A DNA stretch of 61,469 nucleotides, filler included, from Choristocarpus tenellus KU-1152 (taxonomy: Eukaryota; Protista; Phaeophyceae): the NCBI GenBank assembly GCA_964200185.2. It is 6 parts of 6 records of this genome, joined end to end, with 100 filler letters (N's around TTAATTAATTAA, not from the genome) between each part and the next. Parts side by side here need not be neighbours in the genome. Positions count along the whole stretch, not along the records: positions 33,223 to 57,297 come from CAXNAD020000225.1; positions 57,398 to 61,469 come from CAXNAD020016377.1; 4 more parts are not named here. One strand, written 5' to 3'. The position numbers were made by a program, and so were the translations under genes. The notes below the pieces were generated by a model that had not been told where the DNA came from, ran no database searches, and saw nothing but the letters and a program-made list of their open reading frames with translations. Below are positions 48,901 to 61,451 of the stretch, piece by piece (within the stretch, counting starts at the first letter, position 1; each line of letters opens with the position of its first letter).

Positions 48901-51900
48901 CTTGGTCTGCTATCCTCGTGCGTCCTTGGTCTTGCGGTCCTGGCCCAACCTCTCCTGTGGTTACATCCTCTAGTGCCAGTAATGCCAGCCAACCTCACCG
49001 AAATCCTTTCAGCACCTGTACCTTACCTTATTGGTAAGTAGGGGGCGGGGTGGTGAGCGAGGGCCATACATATTTCTTCTCTGTCCAATGATAAATGAAT
49101 GATCTAGCATTTATCTGACATGTTGGTTCAAATGCACTAGAGATTTGAGGTGGAAGAAAATGGGATGGGAAGGGGGGAAATATGAAGTATACGGTGTGAG
49201 AAGAGGTCATTATTGAACTAGATATTCCTGATCCCCCCTGAGGAAGAAGACTGTGATTTGTGTTCGAAAACGGTCGCAGCTTGTTGTGTGGTAATTCAAA
49301 TCTTCCTTCGCCAAGCTCATGAAAATATGCATAGCATTAAATGAAAATCTGTCTCAATGATACTGAATTCAATATTATCCAGAGATGTTGACCATCGAGT
49401 TTGCCATGTCCTACTTATTGACCTGTCCTAGAGCTTCATTGAGCTACCTCTATCACAGGATATGGTTTATAATGCAATTCCTAGGGGCATGCACGTACTG
49501 TTCTACCATATGTGGCGCCCTTGCAACACACTTAACCTCATGATATATACCAATCAGATAGGATCATTGCATTAAGAGCTCTCTCTATACCTCCACCCCT
49601 ACGATGAGGATTTTTGGGGCCAACCTATGCTGAAGACTGTGAACGCAATTCTACCCCCAAGGATTAGTTTCCTTTTGAATATACTGATCTCCTTTTCTCT
49701 GTGGTTCCCACTACCTTTTCTTTTCCATAGCTCTTTTTGTCGCGATTTAAATGACTTAGATCAATCCCAAATGAGCAAAAAAACATTGTACTGTGCTGCA
49801 GTGGAAAATCACCCCTCCCCTGCGCACCCCCTTACCTCTTTTCTACTATTGAAGGTACACCTAGTCTCGGAAAGGCTCAGGTTCTACCCATCAACGAAAC
49901 CGAACTCAAGTCTGGGCAGGTGTGATGTTAATTTTCATGTCCCGTGGCATTGACAATCTATTGAGTTGTGTTGCTCGCCCCATATTATTCTAGAGGGGGG
50001 TTCAGGCGTCCATTCAGGTCCTGTTTGAACCTGTAGTAATTTCCATGTAATCTGTGTGAACGTATCATATGTAAGGACAATTTCCTTCATCTAACCGCAC
50101 CTTCCTTTTCCACCATGCCTGAGTCAAATCCGAGGGTAAATCACCCGCAAAATTGGTATTGAACTTGGGTATCTTACAACACCCCATCAAACACCAAATG
50201 GACAACGAGCCCTAAAACACCCTCCCTCTAAGATACTATTGGTCTGGCTTGGTTCCTATCACCACCAACCACGCTATGTAACCCTTCAACTTCTAGGATT
50301 CAGCATTCAATAGAGTCCTTTGCTAGAGCATGAATCATATTAAATTAAGATCAAAACTAGGTACTCACTGAGCTAACATATTAGACAAATGCACCTCTAC
50401 TACACCCCATCTCGTCCTAATGGCATTCCTCACTTGTAGGTCTCGTTTTGCCGACTTCACAATTACATCGTTCACAAGCACTGCCCACACGTTTCTACCT
50501 ACTCAGGAGCACTCAACACAAAAGCAAATATGCCACTCCCATATTGAAGGTGCTGCTAGATGTGGATCGCAAGCGCTTGCTGATTGGCGAGTCTCAAGAT
50601 ACCAATATGATACGCCTCCCAATGATTAAGTATCTGCTGGACCGACTTGAGCCATTGGCCAAGGTTCTCCAGAAGGGATCGGGAACCAAAAGAGAAGCTC
50701 AGTTTCACCTAAATATTGATAAGGATAGTCAGGTAAGCGGCAGCTTCAATCAGAACAAGTTGTCCCCTTCCTCTATTTGATCTGGTGAATGTTTCACCGA
50801 ATTGACAGGCACTGCCATGAGAACATTTCGTTTCTCTATTTCTCCGCTCAGGGAGTTTCTGCTGTAAGACCTCTCAGGACCAGGCTTAGACCCCCACTTC
50901 AAAATCAAATTTCAGTTTCTGAATTATTATCAAACAAACAGCACTTTGAAAAAAAATATGGAGGACTTGAGACAGGTAGATGTCATGTATATCCTATGTA
51001 GGTCATCAATCATGCTGCTGACAACTATACAATAACAGCGAGTACATCACATCCAAAAATGTAATACATCGTACTTATCATACTTGATTTTGCTTCTTTT
51101 TTCCCCTGTATTAGGTCAAGGTGACCTTCATACATATATCCCTTGTAAGACATGCTAGCGTCATGGCCTCCTCACCTCCTACCTGACTTTCATCCAGGGA
51201 ACGTTTATGTTTCTAACATGTCTGTGCTGACTTTATTTGTGCCACCAAAGAAACTTAGGATCCCAACACACAACTGAGGACTAAACAAAACACAACTCCA
51301 TCTTCTCACCCTACAAACCAAATGCCTACCTTTACGTGGTCAATTTTTTATTGTTCAATTGGTACGGAGGGAGCAGTCAGCGGCTGCTGAGGTTGTGCAG
51401 GCTACAGTTGCTGCCCATATATCAGGAATATGTGCCGCTGCCCTTAGATACGAAAAAGAAATCTTGGCCACCTCCCCTACAGCAGTGGACTTGGACAAGG
51501 GGGGGGGCAAGGATACTCTCGGAAAGGATGAAGTAGAGGTGAACTCAGAGGAGAAAGAAAAGGAAATATTGCCTCCTGACTACCTACACAACAAGCAGGA
51601 AAATGGCAACAAATGGGCACTGGAGCACAAGGATGAGCTTCCCTTCATGAGGCACCTGTTGGCTAGCCAGGTATTGTTGTTTTTTCGGGTAGCAGTATCG
51701 AGTGAAGTAGGGAATAAAAGGTGGCCAATGTTGCTGATGAGTAGTGCATCCCACAGTGGATACATACCTTCTAACCATTGATCCCTGCTCAACCCACTTG
51801 TTATCTCTCCATCATCGTGTGTGGTGGTTTAGGCCTTCGACATCTATCGGTGTGCTGCCACCAGCTCGACCAGAAAAATGTCAGAAGATCAAGAGAACAA

Positions 51901-51922
51901 TGGATCGAGCGCATGTGATTGA
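33948..51922 (+). CDS. Large DENN-domain protein (Rab GEF family) with N-terminal coiled coil and long low-complexity region. Exons approx. 33937/33948-34364, 34974-35078, 35632-36883, 38083-~38920, ~39515-40120, 40689-41032, 42596-42779, 43540-43835, 44251-44466, 45084-45140, 46099-46143, (one unresolved exon), 47565-47714, 47956-48130, 48880-49033, 50440-50732, 51377-51670, 51833-51922
   Basis: uDENN: LFEAFL, PQVLMRYPP...YCFPEGV, FTFMFS, YGICV. DENN core: CYCILSRHPFFDLHFQVLWDL, ECQVIVVSQNLGLLSSCV...PLLWLHPLVPVMP...LSAPVPYLIG. dDENN: FMRHLLASQAFDIY. Splice phases are consistent for most joins. Confidence 0.9.
37359..37616 (-). mobile_element. MITE family A, diverged, in a DENN intron
   Basis: GACCCAAAGCATTTAAGAGGGTA...AGGGCAAAACTCTTACCCTCTTAAATG. 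Confidence 0.82.
41186..41444 (-). mobile_element. MITE family A in a DENN intron
   Basis: Perfect AAAC/AAAC TSD; full TIRs. Confidence 0.93.
41831..42088 (+). mobile_element. MITE family A in a DENN intron
   Basis: Full-length match; flanks TGAT/TGAC. Confidence 0.9.
42945..43206 (+). mobile_element. MITE family A in a DENN intron
   Basis: Full-length match; flanks TGCT/TGTT. Confidence 0.9.
46591..46769 (+). mobile_element. MITE family B, complete, in a DENN intron
   Basis: GACTCAAAGTATCT...AGATACGTTGAGT with perfect CCAA/CCAA TSD. Confidence 0.92.
50054..50244. mobile_element. Degenerate MITE related to families A/B
   Basis: GTGTGAACGTATC at the left; CCAAATGGAC...CCCTCTAAGATAC at the right; interior differs from A and B. 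Confidence 0.45.
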
Positions 51923-52399
51923 TTTGATGTACCAATTTCCTCATGCTATTGCACGACTGTGTTCACACTGGAAATTCTAGAGCTCTAGATCGCAGGCACT
52001 TGCGTACAACAGTATCAGGTACTCTTGGGGGGTGAGCTGCGAGATACGGTTCTCCTGTGGTGGCACAGCAGTCTCAAAGGAATCCTTATTCAATACGCCA
52101 AGTCAGTTTTCTTCTTTCTTATATTGTAATTGTTCCCTCACGCTGATCTGGTAGAGGTCTGCATCACACATATCTTTAATGAGTAGCTCATGTTTTATTT
52201 AGAGACACAAGACCTATTTTGTTCCATTGAGAGGGTTTCTCATGTCTTTGATGGAACCCTGTTTGTTGCAGATAACACAGGGGTTGGTCGGTGATGTGGT
52301 GATATCCCATTTTTCATAATTTTTGGACATAAGTAATATGCATGGCACCATTCTATTCTTCACCATTGCAGAACTAATACAGCAGTCTCTCACACTGAG

Positions 52400-53050
52400 C
52401 AATAATTGAAGTTGGGAAGACGGATGAATATACTCATGTGATACTGGAGTAGAGTGACATCGGTCCAATTCCTCAAAATTTCAAGGGGAAGACAGGTGGG
52501 TGTCATGCGCATAGCAGATGAGGCAACAGTTTTAGAAACAGTGTCCTCTGGATAACTGTTTTGTTCTTTCAGAGCGTCAGGCTTCATTGCACCTATAGAT
52601 AGTAAATTGTGAACCGAAAATGACCTCTGTAGGTGCTAACATCATTTTCTCATGTCATCTTCTACAAAATTCAAATGTTCCTAGTTAGAAAGAGTGGGAT
52701 AAAACACTTGTGAAGAACATGATTCTCGAAGCGGTGCTTGTGGAACAAGGACAACATTTATGGCAGCACAGTGGCATACTTTCAACACGACATACATAGG
52801 CCTTCGGTGTAACCCCCTACCCACGACCATTATTGCGATGTTATCCTCTCTAAAACAACAGCTTCTACTCGAAATGATGGTATACATGTAAACCTGAGAT
52901 GCACTCCTCGTAGCCCGAGCGCTTATTGTCAACACACCTCTGAACAAAAACCACGTACTATGCTGTACCAGTAAGAGTCCCAGAGCAGTTGCATCGAGTG
53001 AGGCGAATATTGAGTCCAAGTACAGTCAACACAAAGAGCCACCTATCTTA
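52400..53050 (-). mobile_element. Possible RTE-like LINE relic
   Basis: AMRMTPTCLPLEIL resembles the RTE C-terminal VxRMxxxRLPxxI; heavily degraded. Confidence 0.3.
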
Positions 53051-54831
53051 CTGTCGTCTTCAGTAGGTCTCGTCACTCACATCCAACTTTGAATACCACG
53101 ACATGCGATGCACTTAAGGGGGCAGCACCCCCCAAAAGAACAGAGCTCAACCTAAACGTAGTCGATGGACTTCACAACTTCCCGCCTTTGCGGTTCTTGT
53201 GATTGCTGTCACCGCCATCAATCAACAATCAACATTCATTGTCCCTCGAACAGACAGGTGCATTGCACCTTGCTCTCCTCAACTAACCTTTCTGAATACA
53301 CAAAACTTTACCGCATTAACCTGAGCACTAATGAAAACCTCTCTTCGGAGACACGTTTCTCCTGTTAGAGCGATATCTCTCGTCAGACCACCTAATACAT
53401 TTTGGGAACAGATAATAAAAATATAGATGTGCAACCAAGAGTCGGGATATAACGACCTTCACGGTTGGGGCCATGTCTCACATATCCCAAACCCTGCTTC
53501 ACTTGCAAGGTCGATGTCCACACCGCAGCAGACCATTGCTATTATGATTGAGACTGGGAGGAGATGAAGAATATCATGGTCGCTAAGCTTCCCAGAGTGT
53601 AACAACCATTATTGGTATGATCTTGACCATTTACATATGAATCATGCTCTCATTGCTTTTGATGCTGCACTACAGCTATTATCGAGATATTCTCCCATTT
53701 CAAGTTAAAAGCATAAGATGTATACCATGTGAGACAGCACAGACAAAGAAAATCCAAAGAAGAGGGCAATCGGGTGATTCACGGAGAAAAACGCCTACAA
53801 ACAACAAAGTTTCCTATTTAAAAGCATACTACGTAGTACTAAGTAGTGCCCTGGTAGAGCATTTCTTCACACAGGTAGGCATGTCAAGATGGGGGTCTCA
53901 CAACAGTTGCTATACCAAGAACAGGGATGACAAGGATGATAAGGCTGGCATCTTCCATCATCTCCCCTCCACCTCCCCATGTAACGCCCCTACTGGCACA
54001 CGACCATCCAATGCCTATAACATGGGCTACTGTAATCCGTCTAGATACATTTTACACACAAATATAAGAAACATAACCCTCAGGCAAGACTTAGAGGTGG
54101 CAAGAAGGTTGGGCACTGGAAGAGGAGGAGGGGATAATGGTAGATTGAAATGAAGCAAGGCAGAGACTTCTTGTAGTGTGCAACAAGTGACGCAAATCAG
54201 TTAGATGAGCGTTCCTATTAGCACATGAACAGTCCTTGGAATCCACAACAACAAAACCTCTCTGAACTGACAGATGCGGGGGGCAAGGGGTGGGTGAGAT
54301 GAGTCCTTCTGCCACTTAAGCCTCAACAGAGATTCTCCGATTGAGCATCTGGGAGCGATAGTAAACTTCGAGAGTATCTAAACCAACCCAAACATGTCAG
54401 TGGGACCACTGACCTCAATGAAAAATGTTTTATACAGTCTCCCCTTTTCGATGGGGAGGGGGTAGGGCTTGGAGGGAGGGGAAGGGGGAGGAAACTTGTA
54501 CTAATACACGATGTACAAGTTCTCACATTGTGGAGTTTCAACCCCAATCCAAACATCAACCATCCCCCTTGATAGGCCTGCGCATCCCTCCCACACACCA
54601 AGCTTTCCACACGATACCACATGCTGCGTGCTACGCCCACACCATAACAAAGACCCCCACCCCAGCGTCCCCAACACAGGGCAACCGTTATCCACGCCAT
54701 GGTGTGTCTCCTGTCCCCAGTTGCCTTCCAGTACTCCCTCAATCCCCACTCACAGAGCGATAGTCATCTATGCCATGGGACATCTCCTGTCCATTGCCTT
54801 TCACCGTTTGCAACGCTAGCACGATGGCATT

Positions 54832-55738
54832 TCAATGGCGTATAACCGATGGCGGTACAGCTGGAGGACGTTCTCCTGCCAGGATTCCCATCCAGGAGTG
54901 CGAATACTCCCACAGGTCCCGTTTGATCCGGTTATCCAGGCGATGCTCGAACACCCTCCCTTCCTCGTTGAATCGGTAGATGGAAATCGCACCAATATCC
55001 ACAGCTGTCCCAGCCAGTCCTACAGCATCTGAAATCATTTTGAACTTCAGCTCTAACTCACGCTGGCCCTCCTTATACACCATACTTGTGACAGCCACGC
55101 GCGGGCGGACGCCTGTCATGGCGCTCAATACGCGTAGAGAAGTATGAAGTGCCCCGTACAAACGTCTTCCTTGGCAAACAGTGCCGGCAGGATCCTGAAT
55201 TGGGAGAAGGGGCTTTCAGAAAGGGCAACGATAACATACCTCGGGGATGGATGGTCAATGAAGACAAGTGGCCATAGAGAGTGGAAGCAATAGCGACAAA
55301 ATACACAAAGCAGCGGGGTTGTTTATACCTTACAGTAATCCCTACAGAATCGACGCTTAGCCCTTACTGATGTACCTTGAGGACGATGTTTGGTGTGAAG
55401 ATGTCCAAACAGGGGGCGTTCTCAAACATTGCTGGAACGTCCTCTGCAAGAGTGTCCATTGCCTTGCCAACATTAAGCGTGAAGTTTGCTCCAGGTGGTT
55501 CTTCGGAACTATCACCACCCCACACACCCTGAACAAACTGTGGGTAGCGAACCTGGACAGGCAACGGTTGAATCAAGTCCAAGTCTGGTGTGATGTCCTG
55601 GCGAAGGGATGACAATCGATTTCTTGGGCGGCACGATGAAGCCATCCCTAAGGTACCCTGTGGAGTGGGCGAGGAGACGAAGCATCCTACTTGCCGAAGG
55701 ACACAACAAAAGAGAAGAAGGAAGAATGCTCCTTGCAT
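54832..55738 (-). CDS. Plastid-targeted DUF2358/SnoaL(NTF2)-like protein, 241 aa; exons 55738-55376 and 55194-54832
   Basis: NFTLNVGKAMDTLAEDVPAMF...DIFTPNIVLK-DP...QGRRLY...AISIYRFNEEGRVFEHRLDN; hydrophobic signal peptide ending VGC|FVSS followed by a Ser/Arg-rich transit peptide; phase-0 GT-AG intron. Confidence 0.85.
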
Positions 55739-57148
55739 GTTGAATCTGTGAAGCATCTGTGTGGTATTTGGTGTTGAACACAAAGTGACTACTGACTCGG
55801 TTGATTTTCAAGGTTAGGGAAAGAGCCAGCATACATCTACAAAAGGTTAGGGTTGTGGGTTGTTGGTTGTTGGTACATACAACTTGGTCGTTCCAAGTAG
55901 GGGTTTCATGATGTGCAATCACAAAGCACATCTAAAAAGTTCAAGTTCTCCTCTCAACTCTTGGGGGATGGGGTTTGTGGAAACACAGACAGAAGGAAAA
56001 GGAGATTGAAGGCGGTGTGAAAAGTCGTATGGCCGTGTATCCGTGAGTGGTTTGTTGTTGTTGACTAGAAATGCGTTCATAGGGCACAGCCTAGGTTCTA
56101 TGATATACTGTTGCTACCATTGTACTCTAGGGAAGATGTTCATCCAGTCTCGTTCCTGCTTAGAGTAGTATGGGGAGATTGACCCCGCTCTGTCCTTGCC
56201 GTGACCTACTACGCAACTTATCTGTGAGTCAGAGCACAGATCCCTGCAAGTCTTCAAGTAGTCGATGGTGCGGCGGACCTGTATCACAAGAATGCTCGGG
56301 CGGTGGGAAGTCGCTTATATGGCCACGAAGGGGGACTGCTACTGGGAGAGAGGTATCGACTGGTTGAAGAACGTGAGGCAGTACTAAAAAAAGCTAGAGA
56401 AGAATGTGAGTGGATATATTTGTGTAAGGGGTAATGCTCGAATCTAGAAAACTAGTAATAGGAAAGTTCATCACGACATCCTCCCCCAAAAAAGTCAAAA
56501 AAGCACTCACTCAAGGGCCTCACAACTACCGAAATCTGGACATGTACCCCCTAAGCAATCCAGCAGAGGGAAGAGGAGCGTCATATGAAGGGGAGGTTAG
56601 TACATCTTAACAACGAAGCCTGGAGACGGCTTAGAAGTGTGGTAGAGCATAAAGGACGCGAGGATGAGGAATGTGGCGAAGCCTCAACTATCAGGAGTGA
56701 TGGAACTCTTCAAAGTATCGTGTGAGAACCTGGGTGGCAAAGCACAAAATCTCGAATCGGGTTCTCTAGACACAACTGACTGTGCTGATGCTAAGTAAAT
56801 ACCCATTGCAGAGAAATACCTTACAGATTTTTCTTGAGCAACTTGTGTGAAGAATGCAGTTGCCGAGGACAAGGTACATAATTCTGTTGGATTTCTGAAG
56901 GACAAGTGATGTTGGATGTGATAGCACTTGTCAAAACTCATCCATCGACAGTCATTATGCTAGAATTGTAGCGGGAACCATTTCCCAGCAAGAGGAAACT
57001 ATGCCTCCCTTGGTCGTCTTGCATCCACTTGAATCTACACAAAAATAACAATATTGTGATGATGATTGCTTGAAATATAGAGCAAAGCAAGCAAGAGGTG
57101 CCCAGAGTTGCATTTTAAGGATGCCGAATAATATGTGCAAATTTCAGT

Positions 57149-57297
57149 GACCCAAAGTATCTTTGGGGGGCGGGTGTCTACACCAGGGTGTCTATTAGGA
57201 CCAAAATCAGGAAAAGTGCATTTACATTATCCATCCGACGTATGCAACCAAATCACCCAAAAACCGCAACATGAAAAAATTGACCCCAAATGGACAG
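57149..57297 (+). mobile_element. MITE family B, truncated by the gap
   Basis: GACCCAAAGTATCT...CTACACCAGGGTGTC...TGACCCCAAATGGACAG. Confidence 0.9.
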
Positions 57298-57397
57298 NNN
57301 NNNNNNNNNNNNNNNNNNNNNNNNNNNNNNNNNNNNNNNNNTTAATTAATTAANNNNNNNNNNNNNNNNNNNNNNNNNNNNNNNNNNNNNNNNNNNN

Positions 57398-57567
57398 CTG
57401 CACATCTCTTATCCATCATGCACAAACCTGCACATCTCTTATCCATCACGCACACACCTGCACATCTCTTATCCATCATGCACAAACCTAAGCATCTCTT
57501 ATCCATCACGCACACACCTGCACATCTCTTATCCATCATGCACACACCTGCACATCTCTTATCCATC
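57398..57567 (+). repeat. 30-bp minisatellite in a TRRAP intron
   Basis: About 5.7 copies of CTGCACATCTCTTATCCATCA(T/C)GCACA(A/C)AC. Confidence 0.95.
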
Positions 57568-57588
57568 CTCCCATGCAGGTACTCTCAC

Positions 57589-60467
57589 CTGCAGGTAGCA
57601 TGCCATGGCCTGAGCAGCACAATGAACCTTTGTCTGCTCTGCAAAGATTGCATCGCAGTATTGTGCCCAAGAGAACCAGCCTTTCCCAAAGTCTCCAGCA
57701 ATCTGCAGATCAATCAGAAAAGGAGAAAGGAGGAGAAGGGAGATTTAGATTATCGTGTCAAGCACAATGCATTGGTGGTACCCTAATCACCTGTCATACC
57801 TACATGCATCCTCCTTCCCCTTCTGTGTATGGTCCTCAACATATATTCGCAGCACAAGATATAAGAGGATCTACTCAGGCAAAATGAAAATATCCTGCCA
57901 ATCGCATCATCCCGCATATATTGTAACATATATTTGTAACACCCACAAAACATATGCACCATCTACAGTCTCCATGGCAACTTGTAGAAAGATTCATATC
58001 AAACACTTAAAAATAGTATGTGTCTTGATAACACGATCCATCAAATATGTCTTCAAACACGCTATTGTTACGTATGACAAAGCAATCCCAATCCACCCAA
58101 TGCAAAATCCCCATTCACCCTGCCTGGACCATCTCTAATGAAACACACGCTCAATATCATAGTATATATATATAGTTTGGTATCCCTCAACAACTCCGGC
58201 ACATTCACAAACCCCCACCACCACACTGCAAACTATAGCACCTGCATGGCATGGCTATAAGCATGGTTTGCATCCTGCTTCGCTCCCAAGCTGCTGAGGA
58301 ATAAGCCTTTCAAACGGAAAAGCTCCGCCTTTTGCTTTGCATTGAAGTAATCGAGGTTTGTGTTATTGATGATGTTGAGACCCCCTCTGTGCTCCGCAGG
58401 CGACTTGTGGCAAATTATGATCTGCTCTCGCAGCTTCTGAAAAGCATCCTGTGTGGTTTCAATGAAAGACACAGCCGGATTGACTAGTGAGTTGGTGAGC
58501 CTGTCATGACACAAATGAATGCCTGAAAGGGGGGGTCCATCAGTACACAACAACATTCAAATCATGCTAGGGTAGGGGTTAGGATAATACAAGGTCAAAC
58601 AAAAATGACACGAGAGAACTTCTCAATCAGCAAACAATTACATGGCATGGCATGAAGCCATTGCATGGCATGAAGCCATGTCGGTGAAGCGGTTCCCCAA
58701 TTTGATGCAAACTATGGAAGGGCTATTTTCCCAAGACAAACATGATGCTCTAAATCCCTCATCTTAACAGCAAAAAAAACATCGATCTATCCACTTGCCC
58801 AGCAATACACCCATAATGAAATATGTCAAGACACCTACAACCCAGCAGTAGTCAGAATTACAAGGCATTTAGACATGGGCCATTATATTCAACATACAGT
58901 TGATCACTCTATATGTCCATTCAACATTGTACATCTGCCAATCTACCAAATTACCCCTTCATCAATCACCTACAGTATGCGGTTGTCATCTATCTTCATC
59001 TATCTTTATGTGTTATTCTGCTTCTTCCCTCTCACCTGCACATCCATAGTGGCAACAGTATACAGCTTGCTCAGGGATGTGAGAGAGACCTCATGCAGTC
59101 CCTGCTTTCGTGCTGTGTGCGCCAGTTTAATGACCGTCCATGGCGTATCATGTAAGCACGCCAAGCTGCTCTGTTCAATGCTTGCAAATGTGTCAGCAAC
59201 AGTACGAAACACCTGACAAGTGACAAGTGACAAGTGACAAGGAAGACAAATGATATTAGACACACCACAACAGCCAAAATGCTTGACTAGGGACAATGAA
59301 GAGAGGTGGTGCAACTCAATTGTGTTAGACAATTGTGTTAGACAAATACCCATGGATTACAAAGCAGATGAGAAGGTAGTATGCAGTGCAGAGTGTGCGG
59401 AGTTAAAACTCACTAGGTACTTTAGAAATGGAACCAAGGTGTGATAGTTGTGTATTAACAGAGGGAGATTTGAGTTCAGTTGATGTACCTATCGTGCGAC
59501 CATTTGTATAGTGTTATATGGAGACTGACAGTTTGAAAGACTCCTTGATATGCCAAGTTTTACCTTGCTCAGTATTAACACACCCTCACTAATCATGCTG
59601 TGGTAAATGTCCCATAGAGGAAATCCCGCATCCTAATTTAAACACCAACATGTTCTGTCACTAGATGGATACTAAACCCGATCCCACCACTACCCCTCTC
59701 CTCTGAAAATAGACATGACCAAAATATTGGTAATACTATTATTTGTATTACTATCACTACTATTTCCATCTATTATACTTGTGTGAGGGGTCCCAGACCT
59801 GTTGTGGAAAAGGTAGCCCAAAGAAGGGAATGCACACTACTTGAGAAAGCAACAAGGAGAGTAAAAAGAAAAGAGAAGAAAAAGAAAAAAAAGTCTAAGA
59901 TAAAAGTACTACCACACACAAAGAAAATTGACTCATATCAGGTTCACTGAGGCCCAAACAAAAGATGTCTCATAATATGTCTCATAATATATGCTGCACA
60001 AAAGAACCAAAAGAGAACAAGGACAATAGATGCAAAAAATAATAACCCTAACCCTAACAAAGCGATGATGATGGATGCAAAAATTCAAATAATTGACCTG
60101 ACAGAGTGCCCAAGTCAAACAACCATATAACAGAACTTCAAGCACCTCGGCCTTGAACATCCAAACCTCATTAAGCTCCCTGACCAGAGACTGTCTTTAT
60201 CACTGGCAAGATCAGATTGAATGATCTTGCCACCTTCACAATCCCCATCATCATCTTGGTCAAATACACCACCCTTCCCCCACCCACTAAGTTGTTCACC
60301 TCAGCCCGCCAGCAGAATATATCGTCCCAGTCCTTTAGTCCATCCCACTTGTTTGGAAGACGCTCCCTCCAGGTGTAAAGAATTGTCTTGAATTCAGGCA
60401 CCTTGTTCAGCATTCTGTGCCTTGTCATATCAGTCATTATCTGTCCAGACTCCCTAAGCTCCACCAT
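57589..60467 (-). CDS. TRRAP: TRRAP/Tra1 (PIKK pseudokinase, SAGA/NuA4 subunit), internal FAT-domain exons 60467-60300, 59212-59036, 58448-58242, 57702-57589
   Basis: VELRESGQI...KTILYTWRERLPNKWD...WDDIFCWR, HTARKQGL, MDVQDAFQKLREQ, GLNIINNTNLDYF...KAELFRLKG, KGWFSWAQYCD...AMACYLQ; all joins are phase-0 GT-AG. Confidence 0.93.
59214..59241 (+). repeat. (TGACAAG)x4 tandem repeat abutting a TRRAP splice acceptor
   Basis: Four exact 7-bp units. Confidence 0.9.
60055..60170 (-). mobile_element. RTE-clade LINE fragment in a TRRAP intron
   Basis: MFKAEVLEVLLYGCLTWAL...HHHRF matches the post-RT motif LLYGCETW. Confidence 0.7.
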
Positions 60468-61304
60468 CTAAAAACAGAGAAAATTTGACCCAAATGAGAT
60501 CGGCTTAGAGAGTCAATAATCTGCACACTAATTTGGATGAGGGTTAGGGTTAGGTGCATTTTGAGGTCAAGACCCTAGTCACAAGGATCATGGTGAGAAT
60601 ATGTGCCTATGTAAATTGTGTGTGTGTGTTTGTCTGTATGGAGTGGGGAGGCACAAGGGTATAGAGCCTCTTTACTATTCAAGAGGGAAGAGGGGTCAAT
60701 AGCATCAACTCAACTCAAGTAAAATTGTGATAGGTGCAACTGTTGCCAGAATTCGGTTTGTGTGAATCAACTCCAACTCTCATCGTAACCATCACCCCTA
60801 CAGTAAATTTTCCAGCCCAGAACACCCCATGTCTTGTGCACTCCCAGACACGCAAATGACAAAGGTCAACAATCCCAGACACACCAAACCACAAAAAAAA
60901 ACATTTTGGGAGTGCTCTTCATCAAGTTTACGTTCATGTTTACATAAGAAACCAAGTACACAAAAGTCACCAAAGTTATGCTTTCCGACACAAAAATCAC
61001 AAAAATCACCTATGCCAGTATTGAGAGGAGTTAGAGGTAAAGACGTACATTACTTTGGCAATTATAGAGTACTAATGGACATACAAATACCTCCAGCGTA
61101 ATGTCCATCAATAGGTTATTGCTATCAACACAAATACTCTTATGGCCAAGCAATTTTGAATATGAGCTATGGCACAATCATGTGATCATGTGCAGAGCAA
61201 CTCCACTTCGCTTGTGACCGCTCCCATCACTCTTGTGACCACTCCCATCCATCTAACCCTTATTCCCCACCCCACAGTTCATGCCCCGAAAAAGAACAAG
61301 CCAA

Positions 61305-61334
61305 GGTTAGGTTTAGGGTTAGGTTTAGGGTTAG
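61305..61334 (+). repeat. Interstitial telomere-like (TTAGGG/TTAGGT) hexamer tract
   Basis: GGTTAGGTTTAGGGTTAGGTTTAGGGTTAG; shorter tracts at ~48798, ~60044 and ~60541. Confidence 0.65.
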
Positions 61335-61451
61335 AGTGTACAGTGTTTACAATTCTCTGACTAGACCCTTGGTTGAGGGTGAGCACGATCCCCAAGTTAC
61401 TCAATACCCACTTTTCAGTCTCAATGAAATCCAGATGTGTTCTGTTGAGTA

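Noticed and set aside
49855-49919. Extra DENN exon (GTPSLGKAQVLP...)
   Set aside because: Would break phase; exons ending 49033 and starting 50440 join directly in frame
57398-57567. CRISPR-like 30-bp repeats
   Set aside because: Head-to-tail with no unique spacers; lies in a eukaryotic intron; no cas genes
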